NCBI GenBank assembly: GCA_015680685.1
Contig: MNCI01003473.1
Span: 266,898 to 330,897 of the forward strand
Length of the DNA stretch: 64,000 nt
Reading direction: 5' to 3'
Source: Gnetum montanum
Taxonomy: Eukaryota; Plantae; Gnetophyta
The notes under the pieces were generated by a model. It was not told the origin of the DNA and did not search any database. It was given only the letters and a program-made list of their open reading frames with translations. Shown piece after piece: positions 11,280-24,622 of the stretch. Numbering within the stretch: position 1 is the stretch's first letter; every line of letters begins with the position of its first letter. The translations under genes were made by a program, and so were the position numbers.

Positions 11280-13990
11280 TCAATGTACCTTCTATGTTCC
11301 TAGTGGTGGAGGCTCCTTCATTGGCTTCTTCCCTTTATCATTAATTTTCTGGAATTGATATCTATTTAAGACTACTTGAAGCTTTTCTTCTTTCATCCTA
11401 GGACCATGTACCATTCATATAGATTGTGTAATATTCAATGGAGTCCGTACATCCCATGAGCATGGTAGTTTTTGGAAAATCTTGTTTTTTTTCCTTTTTT
11501 CTTTTTTTTTTGATGTGTCATGCCAAAAACTACCTTCTTTTCTTTTCGAATTCCCTAGCCACCTTTCTTAATTCTTGGTAATTAGACATTCAACACGCAA
11601 AATTTGCTACAACATCTTTTTACCCCTTGTAATTAGCTTTGATAATTTCAAGCTTTAAATAATGAACTTGTTCTTTATTTCAACCTAGTTGATGTGGGAA
11701 AGGTTGTCCAAGTTGGGTTGCTAATCTAGTGTTTATGCAGTGATGGAATTAATTTTATCCTTTGCCATCTAGATCTACTTTTCATTAATTTGTTTATACA
11801 TATCCACTTTGTCCTTGAAATGTTCTTTGAACTTCTCATGTTTCTTAGTCTTGTTCTATCATGCACTTATTTCAATTGTATAATTTTGGTGGATGAGATG
11901 TACTTCTTCCATTAACAAGATTCTATTTTGTTAGGTTAATTTATTCATATTCTAGTTAACACGGATGAACTATTCTCACAACTAATGAATACTTTTTTTA
12001 AGAATGTCTTTTTGCTTCTTAATATTTATCAACTAGGTGTTGCTTGTAGTAAGCTTTTTATTCTTCTCTTCTAGGGTAGTGAGATCTTTGGCATGTGCAT
12101 ATGTTTGAGCTTCAACTATTAATGCATTCTACACAACCTTTTCTCCTTCCATCTTCACTTGTATTTTTTGGGTAATCAGCTAGTAACTTGATTAGTATTG
12201 AATTATTTAAGCTAGTCAAGGACTAAAAATTATGTATGGTTCCTTATCTCTATGCTTAGAGATACTAGTTCTACTTGTAGCCTATGCACTTTATTCTTGG
12301 TGTGCTCTACCCTCATTTCCAGCATTACTAGCTTTTCTTTTGTGGCTATTAGATTAGACTACATTGTAGTGATATTACTAGGGATTAGTAGCCTTTCAAG
12401 GACATCTTTGTCCTCTACTGGTGTCATGGATGTGTTCACTAGCATTTGAGAATCTCTAGCTTTAGAAATATTGGTTGGTGACACAAAGAGAACATTAAAA
12501 GACTCTTTGATATGATCAGTTATTACTTCTACTACTCTTATTACATCCTAGTATTGCATGATCATAACTATGGTACCTTTACTAGTTTCTATCATCACCT
12601 TGATGGATATAACATTTCTTGATATTTTCTATGCCCAATCATCTTCTCCTCCTACCTACAAAGATACTTACTTACTAGCAGGTCCTATGAAAACTATATG
12701 CCTTACAAATCTGTATCTTACTTTGTAAAGGATGGAACTGTCCCTAGCTTACCAACTAATAGTACCTATAATTTAGCATAGATGGCTTATTGAAAGTCGA
12801 TAGTCTTGTGGTAGAGGTGAAGCTTGTTGTTTAGGCCTATTACTTATAGGTGTTGATCCACTGGGCCTTACTTGTTACTACTGTCTAGTAACTAGAATGT
12901 TACTGGCAGGTGTGGATCCTGATGCTTCTTTAGTGCCTGTTGGCTTCTCCAACTAATCTTTCTTGGGTGGCACTAGCTTTAACATTTCTACGTAGGATAC
13001 ATTCTGGGCTTTCCGTGAAACATCATTTGTGTAGTTTAGGATCCCTTCTTTCTTGCATAATTTTCTTATTAAGAAAGGAAATGGCAATGTCAGCTTTCCT
13101 ACCTTCTTCTCCTTGAACATTTTCTAGATCTCTAGGAAGATCAGATGGGCAGTATTGGCATTGAAATTTTCCATTAAAATTACACTTCCTCTAGCTGCAT
13201 AGGTAGAGATCCTGTTAAGCCTTTTTTTTAGGAACAAATGGTAGATTCCAATCTTGAAATAGAATTTCTCTTTAGTAGTTAGCTCACTGTAGTCCTTGTC
13301 CTTCTTACCATTGAATCTTTGTAGTCACAACTTTTTCACATTGGTGTTAGACCTTGTAGATATCAACATGACATTGGCTACAATATCTAGAATGTTTAGG
13401 ACTTTAGAGATTTCCTCACTAGAATATAACACAAAGACTCCTTTGATTTTCATTGTTGCATCATCCTGCTTGTTTCTCCAAAACTAATAGAGTTCTTCCA
13501 AATACCATTCAGCATTTCTTGACAAGGTTGGCCTTAAGGGAGAGGCTTCAAGTTGTGTTTTAATAAATTCTAGAGAAAACTTTATGAATGATTCAATGTT
13601 TATTTCCATAATGAATTTGGACATTATGCATTTATCTTAGATTTCCTAGAGGTAGTTTGTAGAAAAAGTGAGGCATTGTCCCTATTCTAGTACTGTTGGT
13701 ACCTCCGCTTTAACTTGTGCTAATTGTTTAGTAGTAGGGGTTTGTTAATGAATTCTAAATGATTTGGCCTCTTGCTCTGCATGTTAGTTCAATGGATTTT
13801 TTTCTTCTACTTGGCCTCTTCCTCAACCTCTTGGTCTTTTGTTGCCAGGCTATGAGGGTTCCTTTGTTGCAGGTCTCTTTAAAGCCATTTGCAATCATTA
13901 AGGATTCAATATTACCAAGGAATTTTAAATAGGTTCTTGATAGTTCATAATCCTTTCTCATATTCTTGGTTTTATTTAGTTCTTATCCAT
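11280..13990 (-). pseudogene. env-like / Athila 3' ORF of G
   Basis: NAEWYLEELY and NANTAHLIFLEI..KLTLPFPFLIRKLC motifs resemble the Athila 3' ORF family; long K/E-rich coiled-coil tail. Confidence 0.7.
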
Positions 13991-15189
13991 TTTATCAGTT
14001 AGAGAAATTTCAAAAAAAAATCCTTAATTATTATATCTTTGATTATTATGCGCTCTCATAGCTATCATTTTCTTATTTATTGTACTCTTGAATGATTGGT
14101 TGGGAGAATTAGTTAAGTCCATTTGCATTTATTTGATTAGCTAATTGAAATATTCTTATTACATTTTATACTTATCCTTTATATTATCTTTTGGGCATTA
14201 TGAATTTTTAACTTAACCTTGCTCATCTATGCACGATATATCCCCCCACAACTAAGTTGAGCACTTTGGGATCAATAGGGTTTAAAAATCATGAAAATTA
14301 AATTTTTAGTGAGGAATTTATGGCATTGGGAAGTTTGGTTGCTAAAGCTTAGAAAACTATATGAACTCCCATTGTGTTGAAATAGAACAATGAAAATTTT
14401 TCTAACTTCCCCATGCTTATATAGTATTTTTATATGCACAACATTATAGCTGCAACATCATAGTTGTGACATCATATCTCATGTAACATCGTACATATGA
14501 CATCACACTAGAAAAAATTTGATTTATAAATAATTTTTGATGGAAAATTTGAGTCATCTTTATAGTGTGAAAAATATAGAGGTTGTCTAAAGGATCTTTA
14601 GCCATAGATGATGCTTGGATTACAAAAATTTTATGTTTAAAGGTCTTAAGGAAGGAATCTTAAGCAATCAAGGTCAATTAGATATATATGAGATGGATTA
14701 AGAATTATTAACGTATGGAAAATTTATAAAACTTGTGGAAAGTAAACTTTAGTGCTAAAGTATCCTGGAGATACAAGATGATATGGAATTGATTGTCAAG
14801 TATGAGCTGCAAGATTTATATAGATGGGTCCTTCCCAAAGTAGGCTTCAACCCTTAGTACCCTTCTATAACCACTCCTAAAAGTGTTTATAGGCACCCAA
14901 GGAGTTGAATCTAGGACATGTCTATCTTACAAAACACACATGTTAGTATCACTAGAATGAAAAAATAATACCAAATTATACAAAATCATAGAATTATGAT
15001 TAAATATACCAGTGAGGTGGATGGGATTAGAAGGGATTGTAGAAATTGGGACATGAGCTGTATGATTATGGTTTAGGATATCCTTTTGTAAGTTCTTAGC
15101 TTGGGTTATTTTCTTGGAGTAGGAGTTAATAAGTGAGTCATATATTTCCATGCATGTTTTGGACAATTTCAAGTTCTCAATTCTTAGCC

Positions 15190-18100
15190 ACTTATGTCTT
15201 TTGGTTTAGTGGTCCTTGTTTCTTCTTATTCGCATACATGTTTCTCATAGTTTTTGTGGGATGGTGTAAGGATTTTGTTGACATTATGAAGTTTCGATCC
15301 ACAACTGCATCCTTCTCTATCGCTAGTAATGCATGGAATTCTTTGCATATGTATGGCTCCTTACTTATCTTCATTAGAAATTTCTATGAATAAGTCTCTC
15401 ATTCCTAGCTTAGCATCAATTTTGCTAATCCATGCTCTTCCCATTATGATAGAAAATTTCTTATACTCATTCTTCACATCAATCATAAGAAAATCTACTA
15501 GATAAGGCCACCCATTGATAGTGGCCACCACATCTTCTAGTTTTTCCAAAGGAATGGTGATATATTGATCTACTAGCTCTAACCTTATGTTGCACTTCTT
15601 TAATGGTGGTAGATTTGATGCCCTATAAGTTTCTTGAGATATCAAATCTACTCCAGAACTTGAGTCAAGTAAAGCCTTACATGGTGAAATACCAGTAATC
15701 TGTAAATAAATTAAAGTATTTTCAAGATCTATTCTTTTCTTGAAAATTGCTTTTTCCTTTATCCAATATGAGACTATTTCATTTAGCATGACAATTATAA
15801 GTTTCTGAGTTGATTGTTGTGGAAGCATGGTGTTTCTATGAGGATTTTTCATAGAAGAAACTTTATTGGATGAAGTCCTTGTTCTACTAGCTTTTTATAG
15901 ACTTGTCCTAAAGAAAGGATGTTTCCTTGATTTTTCTTTAGTATTTTTGATATGATCCTTTCTATGTATATTTAGTGTCCTTGTAGCACTTTTCTACTAA
16001 GGTTATGATGGCAATTTTCCTTACATAATAGGTGGTGATGTTGGTGGTAGAGAATTTGAAGGTTGGGTTGATGAACCAACTATTGGTTGATGTGCATTAG
16101 TATTATGATCCATCCTTGGAGTGGAAGGCCTATAGTACTTTGGTAGATAATAATGAGAAGAAGCATAAACTGAAGCATTTTCTAAAGAGATTGGACATTG
16201 GATGTAATATCCATAAGGATCAGGTTGCCTATATGGATATTGTTACATTGATAGGGGCATTCCCCATGCTTATGGTTGTTGCCACTACTTTTGGTATTGC
16301 TCCTATGGTTGAGGATAGGTTGGAAGAGTTGTCTAAGATTACCTTGTGGATAATGTAATCATCTTGGCATCTTTCTCTTAACAAATCTTGTGTTAAGTGC
16401 ATATGCACTAGACTCTTACAAGTGGACCATCATAGGACAACATCCCTTAGGATGTTCATATTGGTACATTTTGTATCCATCTTCCATTTTTGAACTGGTG
16501 TTCATACATTTCTCAATTGCAGTAACTTTTCCTTTCTGTTTGTAACTCTCTCATCTATTATCTCTTTTCTTCTTCTTATCTTTGCCTTTATTTAGTTCTT
16601 TCTTCTACTATCTTAAGAGCTATAGAAAATTTATTATCCATTAATTGATTTTTGAATTGGTAGGTTCTTCTTTTGGTGACATCCTCCAACATTTCATCTT
16701 CTTGTTTGCCATACATTCTAGTGTCTCGTTTTCTTATTGAGGAATTTTGATTGTACTCTTCAGCTAATTCTCTTTTCTTTAACTCTTCTTCATCTTTTAC
16801 CACTTGGTTCTATCAACCTTTGAATTTTATGGATGGTCATCTATGATAATCTTCCTTGGGCATAGACCCCAAGGGTTTCTCTGGTTTTGTTTCTTAACCC
16901 ATCAATGATATGTCTAATTTATTTCCTCTATGAGAATACATGGCTTGGACATCTATGTAGTAGAGAATAATATCTACCCATTTCCATGTTGAGGGATTCA
17001 TGTGTCCCTTACTGTTATCCCTGGATTTGTTTTCTTAAATTTGACACTCTTGAGTAAGTTCAATACCTGTCCTTAATAGCCTCTAGCATGGTACTCCATC
17101 TTCGGATTGACTCTAGTTCTAAGGATTTATATTAGCTCTTTACCTCCTTGATGAGTGTTTTGGAAAATAACTTTAGCTTCTATCAATTACTTTTAATATT
17201 TTGAAGGACACAAGCATTTTGGAATGGTTAAATATGGTGTTGTGGATTTGCATTATATCCACCTTCAAATTTAGGAATATTATTCATGTCTAGTCACTTG
17301 ATGCAATTGTTCCTTACATGCTTGGTTGGAGTATATACTACTTTCCTAATATTGATCATGCTACAAGTGGTCAATAGGGATTCTTCATGATCATTAGGTT
17401 CATAAGCTCTATTGTAGTGGTGTTTCCTTTGGTGCTCATAGTACTCTCTCTCTCTCTTCATATGTCATCCTACCTCTTCTTTGTTCATATGCATCCTCTT
17501 CTTAATCAAGATACCTTCTATGATATTCATGCCTTTCATAATCCCTACAACTTTTCCTATTGTAATCTCTAAGTTTTCATTCCCTTCTATTTGAATTTGT
17601 TGATGATCATGAGAAAGAAGAGGAAGTAGTTGGAGGATAGTACCAGCTAGTTCTCCTTCTGTGACTTTGTGATTCAACCCTTTGTCGTTCCACAGAAGCT
17701 CTAGGCCTTGAGCTTGGCCTATGTTTAGAGTCCTCTATCTCTCTTATTGGTGTTCTTGTAGGGGCTGAATGCAATTGTATCTTGATAGTTTCTTGCAAAT
17801 GAATGATAAGAATTTATGAATGGGTTCATGATTGTGATGGAATTTCTTTGAATGACAAAGTCACAGAAGGATTCAACCATTTCACAGAAACTCCACCACA
17901 ACTAATTTCTTCTAGGACAACATTATGGTTAACTTTCTTTCCTTTGATATTTTAATGTCTCATCTCCATGAAAACATCCCTTCTTATTTTCACTTCTGTG
18001 GATTGATATAGCATGGTCATGTGTTTGGTCACATGATACCCTTCTTGTGCATGGCCAAGGTTCATCCCCATTAAGGGTTCTTAAAGAATGGATGGTGTTG

Positions 18101-18320
18101 AACATTCTAAAGGTAAAACAATATTCCCTAGTAAGTCTCTCCATCTTAGTTGTTCATCTTGATTGAAAATGAATGTAAAGTCAGGATAATATGGATTGGT
18201 ATGAGTGTATGAAATTTTTGTTTGCATAGGCATACTCCAACCATCATCATCATGTCTCTTATCATGACCCTTTTGTGGCTCTTTGGTAGGTGATAACTTC
18301 TCTTTCCATGTTGAAGACAT
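15190..18320 (-). pseudogene. gag: gag-protease of element G
   Basis: ORF 18081-18320 start; NNIPKFEGGYNANP gag motif; protease CKALLDSSSGVDLIS..IIMGRAW (ORF 15361-15852). Confidence 0.88.
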
Positions 18321-18463
18321 GTTGTGTGTTTTATGCTTTAATTGTATGTGTGTGTGTTATTAAGATTGATTAAAAGTGTAAAGAATAAATGGTTTTTTAC
18401 ACAACAAACTCTATAAGATCAACTACTCAACAAACATTGACACATCCCTAGCAACAGTGCCAA

Positions 18464-19315
18464 TCGTGGGTAGTCAAGTACCCCAACACTCTACCATACA
18501 AGTAACAAGTATTAATGTGAGACTAGATAATGATTTATGGATGGACAATGTAAATATGCTAGAAGTTTATACTAAGTTCATGATCATTGTCTTCCCACTT
18601 TGAGTTAGTGATGTTTGAGTACATATTTTAACCTACAGTGAGGCATATGATAGGCTAAAATTACTCCTAGTAAACATAATAAAAATGATATAAAAATTCT
18701 AAATCTAAGTAATGATGAAAATATAAATCCATCCAAGCCTATAGTGATGATCAGCAGATCCTAGTTTTCCAGTCATATCCTGGGCTCATGTAATTATTGT
18801 TGGGATTACCAAGTGAAGTCACTTTTGAGTGAATCAAGTGAAACCACTACTGGGTTACCAAATAATTACACTTAAACATTTGAAACTAGTTTTAATCATT
18901 CCGCTTAATTAATGAGAATGAAAAGTAAAATATTTCGGAAAGATAGAGTGCTAAACTAAGTGAATAGGAAAATTATGCTAAGTAAAAAAAAGAACTAAGG
19001 GAATGCTATAATGATGAAAAATAGTCTGAATCTTTATTGTCGAACATGAACCATGTTCAAGTAAAATTCACTCAAATAAATACATCGTACAACTCCTTAA
19101 CACCACACTATGGGCACTCACTCTATTTTCAAGATTATGAAATAAAATTGCAAGAGTCTAGCTAAAGATGGAATTAAAATTATTACTGTTGGTGCATCCA
19201 AGTGTTAATATTTATAGGGCTACATAGCTCCCAAGACATTGCATCAACAATGATGTAGCATGAGCTACAATATTGTAGATACAATATCATACTTGATGAA
19301 AAATTGGTTTTATCA
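18464..19315 (-). repeat. 5' LTR of element G
   Basis: Adjacent PBS; collinear with 10213-11073. Confidence 0.92.
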
Positions 19316-19320
19316 TAGGG

Positions 19321-19844
19321 GCTTCTATAATGGTATCAATTGAATAGGATATGGTGATATCTTTTACCTTAACAAAGACATCCTCTTATCATTTCTTCCA
19401 GAAGAGGTAGGTTTCTTTCACGTGTCATTTCCCACTATTAGAGACAATGGATTATATTGGAGATTTTTGAAGTTTTTTTTAGATCTCTTCTAGTGTAAGC
19501 TCTAGGAATGGCCCGAAGTTTAGCTCCTACAAAATGAATCTCTAAATCACATTAGTCCAAATATTCTTCAAGCAAGCTTCTATCAATGTAACCTATAAAT
19601 TAAGTCTTGGCCTTGGGGCTTCATTTTGTTGGCTTGGCCTATCTCTATAGTAGGAATCAATTTCATATATTCCATCTTGGGCTCCTCCTATAGGGGCTTG
19701 GTATCATGTATCTCCTCAATTTCTTGTTCATGGATTTGGTATTGTTGTTTTTATTGTTGTTATTGGCCCCTTTCTCTTTGTGGTTATTTTTCCTTGGGCT
19801 ACGATGTTCCTCCTACCTATGGTCCTCTCTTGGGTACCATCCAT
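19321..19844 (-). pseudogene. N-terminal part of the env-like ORF of D
   Basis: NSGK*HVKETY aligns with G NAEWYLEELY; sequence continues at 10207 after removal of G. Confidence 0.6.
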
Positions 19845-20659
19845 GACGACAAACATAACCTAGAATTAGCTTTTAACCATAACCTTTATTCCCTTTGAAT
19901 ATCTTTCTTTGTTTGATTAGGTCATATTCTATTAGTTAGACATTGTAATTTTATCATTAAGTCTTTTATTTAATGATCGTAGGCTTATGAGATTAATTTA
20001 TTATTATTTTATTCATGTTTTAATGGAGGTTGACCCTTGATATTAACTCTAGTGATCATTAATTTAATATTATTTTAATATCTTCCTTATGGAAAGTTAG
20101 AAAAATTTCCAAAAATAATTCTACAAAACCCTAGTATTTGATGCCCCCAGGACATAAAGCATACCTTCAATAGATTGAGGATCAAAGAATGAGTTAATTT
20201 GGGTAAGCACATTGGAAGTTAGACCTCTTGGAAAATTATTAGGCTCTTAAAAATGGAAAAAAATCCTCTAACTCTTGGAAGAAATGATGAAAAATGAGGT
20301 AAGTTTCATGCATATACATAGTATTTTTCTCATTTGTTAATGGAGTTTCGTCAACTCATCCCACTCCATTAACAAGGATGCATCAATGCTACTATTCATA
20401 GCTAGATTTTTCACTTGAAAATTTAGGAATTTTGGGTGAGTTTGGAGTTGAAATAAGAGCCAAATGGAAGTTTAAAAGATAGAGAATCATAGCTACAACA
20501 TAAAAGATGGTATGATTCATAAAATAGAAGCAATTTGAGTGCATGGGATGAATTATTTGGAGAATATAATGATGCCAAGACAGATCAAAAATTGGATGTT
20601 TTAATGCTATTTATATGATTAATTCTACAATCAACCTATGGTTAGGAAATTTAACTTAA

Positions 20660-21515
20660 GGTAAACTAAAATATTATGCAAGTGGGTCCTTTCCAAAGTA
20701 AGTGTATGCCTAATATGCCTTGACATAACCTCATCACAAGGAGTCTATAGGCACCTAGGATGATGAATGGTAGCTTTAAGTTAAATTCCATACCCATATG
20801 AGGAATTGTCTCAAGATTATGTGGACTAGAACTATCAATTTATCATGGTATGAGTTTGTGAGGTGATAGATAGTGGAGTGTGTGAATGATAGATAAAGAA
20901 TGCTAAATGGGTAATCTACATCTTAGTCATACAAGATCCTTGGAAAATTTTATAATTAAGATGATCTAACACTGATTTTTCCAAGTCTAGATAAATTTTG
21001 TTCTAATAACAATGATCTCATATTAACATATCCTTCTTCTTCTACCATCAAGAGCATGGAAACCACAAAGGACAATCATCACTCCAAGAGAAGAAAGAAG
21101 TAGGTAAGGTCTATGACTTCAAGAATGGGTAACATATCTTTCCATCCCCATAACTAGTGTGTATACCCCATGATATTATCTAAGGGATGTTCTCTAAATT
21201 TTTGTTATTTTTTTTTTGTTGTTGTGCATTTTTTCATGGGAACCACACCATGAAAAGACATTCTTCCTTTTATGGTTGACAATAGGAGTGACAATATACC
21301 AATGAAGAATCATGGAACTCAAAAAAGAAGTTGAGACAAAAATACATCAAATTTCCTTAAGATCGTATCCTTTTTCATTCCTACTTGGTTCTTTCTTGCT
21401 TCATTTTGTAATAAGATCACATAGTTTTGATATGAAAGAACCTTTATAGTTCATGATATAGACTCCATATGGAATAGATGAAATGGGTGGATATCATAAA
21501 CTCACTACTTGATGC
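20660..21515 (-). pseudogene. Conserved post-pol segment (probable extra ORF-X) of D
   Basis: VFSWCGSH, HPLD, TSYG, LGAY..LLWKGP motifs shared with F 37000-37930 and partly with G. Confidence 0.5.
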
Positions 21516-21879
21516 CACCAGAAAACTGAAAAACTGTTAAAAGAGAATATAATCCAAGAACAAAATTGACCTTTTGATAATCAATCATAATTTTGATAGA
21601 TACATTTAAAAATTTTTAAAAATTCTCAGCAGTAATGGAATAAAATATAAGATTTCTAATTAAAAAAATGAAAATGGTAATAAAAAGTTAAAAGAATAAT
21701 AAATAACAAAGGAAATTGAAAATATATAAATAATTAATAAAATATCAAGAAAATGGAAAACATATAGAGAATGTTGTAAAACAAAAAAAAATGCTTATCA
21801 AAATTAATGGTGGATGCATATCTTCCCCATGACTAAGTTGGAAGAAGAAGATTCAGAAAATGGAGCAAGCTTGTTCTTA

Positions 21880-23398
21880 ATTAAAGGAGTTACTATTTTT
21901 GTTAGTTACTTGAAATTCCATGAATGGTTTAAGTGATCGAATGTTAACTAACATGTGCTTTTAAGGGCTTGTTGGATGGTAAATTAGCATAGCCCGAGAA
22001 GGAAAAGTTGAATGAATAATGTAAGCTTCCCTTCATAATATCGAGAACTTAGTTCATTGCAACACATGCATGGGATTTCAATAAAGAAACTTGTCTTCTA
22101 GCTTGAAAGTAAGTTTTTTGATTTGTTAGTCATGACATTGCTTATTGTGTGACTTGTGCACTTCATTCATCATTAGTGATATCCTTCAATTTTCATCTAG
22201 CACATTGAGTTTCAAAAGTCATTCTTTTTATGCTAGGTTAATTTCTATGTCAAGTTCATAGGCTATATTGAGTGTAAAAATTTTGGTTTGAATTGGAAGT
22301 TTAGGTAACTTTCCATATACTAACTCATAGGGATAGTAGCATATAGGAAGCTTCCATGTTGAGCAATATGTTCAAAGTCCATTTTTGAGTTTGGTGCTGA
22401 AATTTTTCCTATATTTACTAATTATTTGTATTATGATTCTTGTGATTTTCCTATTGGTGAACTTTGCTTTACTATTGACTTAGGAGTGATAAGGTGTTAT
22501 GAGTTTGTATTACACCCCTAAGCATGGCATCAATCTATGAAAAGTAGAACATGTAAAATGTATTTAATTATTTAAAATTAGTGCTTCAGGTTCATCAAAT
22601 GTATTTACCAACTATTAAAAAAATCAAGCTGCAGTTGTAGATGTACAGTCATATACAACTACAAATTTAGCCCACATGGTACAATAGTCAACAAAAACTA
22701 TAATGTAGGCATTCCCATTGGAAATGGGAGTGATGGGTCCCATGAAGTTAATACTCCAAAGGCCAAAAGGCTTCAATGATTGAATTCACTATTAGGTTCC
22801 TTCCATTTTGGTGGTTATTCCTTCATCTCATTGATACCTTTCACATAAATAAGAGAAATAGTAAGCATCCCTGAAGATGTTGGCCAAAAATATTCTTCCA
22901 TGGGGATTTTTGTGGTTATCCTCTTTCCTACATAGTGGCCCCTATAAGAACCTTCATGAGCATCCTAGAGAATTCTTAACTAATCTATGTTGGATACACA
23001 CTAGTGTACCAAGACATCGACATAAACCTTGTAGAGGTTTTCTTCGATTTCCATCTTATGATCCTATCTTGTAAAAGTCTTCTATGTGAGTAGATATGAA
23101 CAAAACTTATCATACCAATTGGTAATTCTTAGGTGCTTGAACTTTAATGGACTTAGCAAAGAGGAGTTCATTCATAAATTAATCAAATAAAGGTTTTTCA
23201 TCCTCCTTATTATCCCACCTTAAATGAAACAAATGATTTGCAACTACATGATGAGATCAAATTCCTATAAGATCACCAACCACCATATAACATGAGGAAT
23301 TACTATTGGTTTGTTCATTAGGAATAGGATTGCACCTTGGTTCATGTGCATAAAAATTAGGTATCCAAGTGCATAGTACCTAAATTTTTCTAAGTCAT
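21880..23398 (-). pseudogene. pol: RNase H C-terminus and integrase of D
   Basis: HEGSYRGHY, IFLANIFRDA (YWPT-like), GINFMDPS, W+L..K.SLKA motifs; continues in frame from 45435 after removal of E. Confidence 0.85.
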
Positions 23399-24329
23399 TA
23401 TTAGGACATGAAATGATGCCCCTTGCACTTTATTTTCTCTATTTTCTAGGCTTGGGTGGGCAACTATGAGCTTATGCGACCTATAGCCATCCACAGCTCA
23501 AAGTCTTAACTCAAAAAGTAATATCCAATAATTTTTCATTTCATCAAGGGAATAATGCTTATCTTATGACCATCAAGAGTCAATTTCCAACATCAAAGGA
23601 CTAAGGAACAAGTGGAGTTAGCTTCAAATGGAGATGATGGTAGCACAAAAGCTATATCTGAGTTGGATAAGATATTGCATCCTCATGCAACTTGCATGAG
23701 ATTGCAGCCTAGAGTTTTCTTTAGATTCATTTTACAACCACTTGCAATTTATTTTATAATAGATAATTGAATTCATCAGTGTCAATTTCTGCAACTCATA
23801 CCCCTATTGTAGTCATTATGAAATTTTTTGAGTTACTTTTATTATTCAATCATTGGGATTTGAATAATCAACTATTGGGAATTGTTGACTAAGATTGTTG
23901 ATTGCAATAGCTCATAGTCGTGATTAACTTGATGATTCTTCTTTGGGCAAGAAGCTGTGACCTAGTTATGACTCATACCTAGTCATAGTTGTTAGCCAGA
24001 AGTTATTGCAACCATCAACTAAAGCTATATCTCACTAAATTAAAGCAAACTATAAGAAGACATAGAGATATACAAATATGGAGAGAGAGAAAATATTTAG
24101 AAAACTTGAAGATATAGGATTGAAGTTTTTTAATGACATTGTTGTAATGAAATTATTTCTTAAGATTGCATGATTGAATGATTAATCTTCATTTCTTTAT
24201 TAGAGTGAATTAATGTTAAGTATTCTTCACCATAATTCTGGCACCTTACCCTCATGTAACCTACAGTCCTCTGTTTGATTGATTCGCATGTTCTACAACA
24301 TAAGAACACTTGAACAAAGAACCACAACA
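23399..24329 (+). repeat. 5' LTR of element E
   Basis: Collinear with 44558-45434; ends GAACAAAGAACCACAACA. Confidence 0.88.
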
Positions 24330-24622
24330 TTTAGGCACCATTACGATAGCCATGGGTTATGGTGATATTTTCTAGATTTAAAATTTTTCTTATTTTTTAT
24401 GTTTCATTAATTTAGCCATTTATATGGATGTGAATCTATCTTTCAATTTTTGTTTATTACAATTTCAAGTAACATTGATTGATATGCAAATATTTTTTAT
24501 TAATTTGGAAATACTCATGATCGATGAAGCACTTGTCTACACTCAACGATTTTTACAATAGATTCTAATTTTTTTATTTCTTTTTCTTTTTTTCTTCTTT
24601 ACTTATTATTTCTTATAGGTTT

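Larger units (their letters stand above)
10213..19315 (-). mobile_element. Element G: non-autonomous Athila-like element (gag-PR plus env-like ORF, no RT/RH/INT) inserted in the env-like ORF of D
   Basis: LTRs 10213-11073 and 18464-19315; TSD TAGAG/TAGGG; PBS TTGGCACTGTTGCTAGGGA 18445-18463; PPT AGTCATGGGGATA 11074-11086. Confidence 0.92.

Noticed and set aside
20670-20700. LLWKGP / LLWEGP motif as a duplicated integrase GPY/F domain
   Set aside because: Upstream residues do not match the integrase tail and F reads LLCGGS here; treated as part of ORF-X instead.
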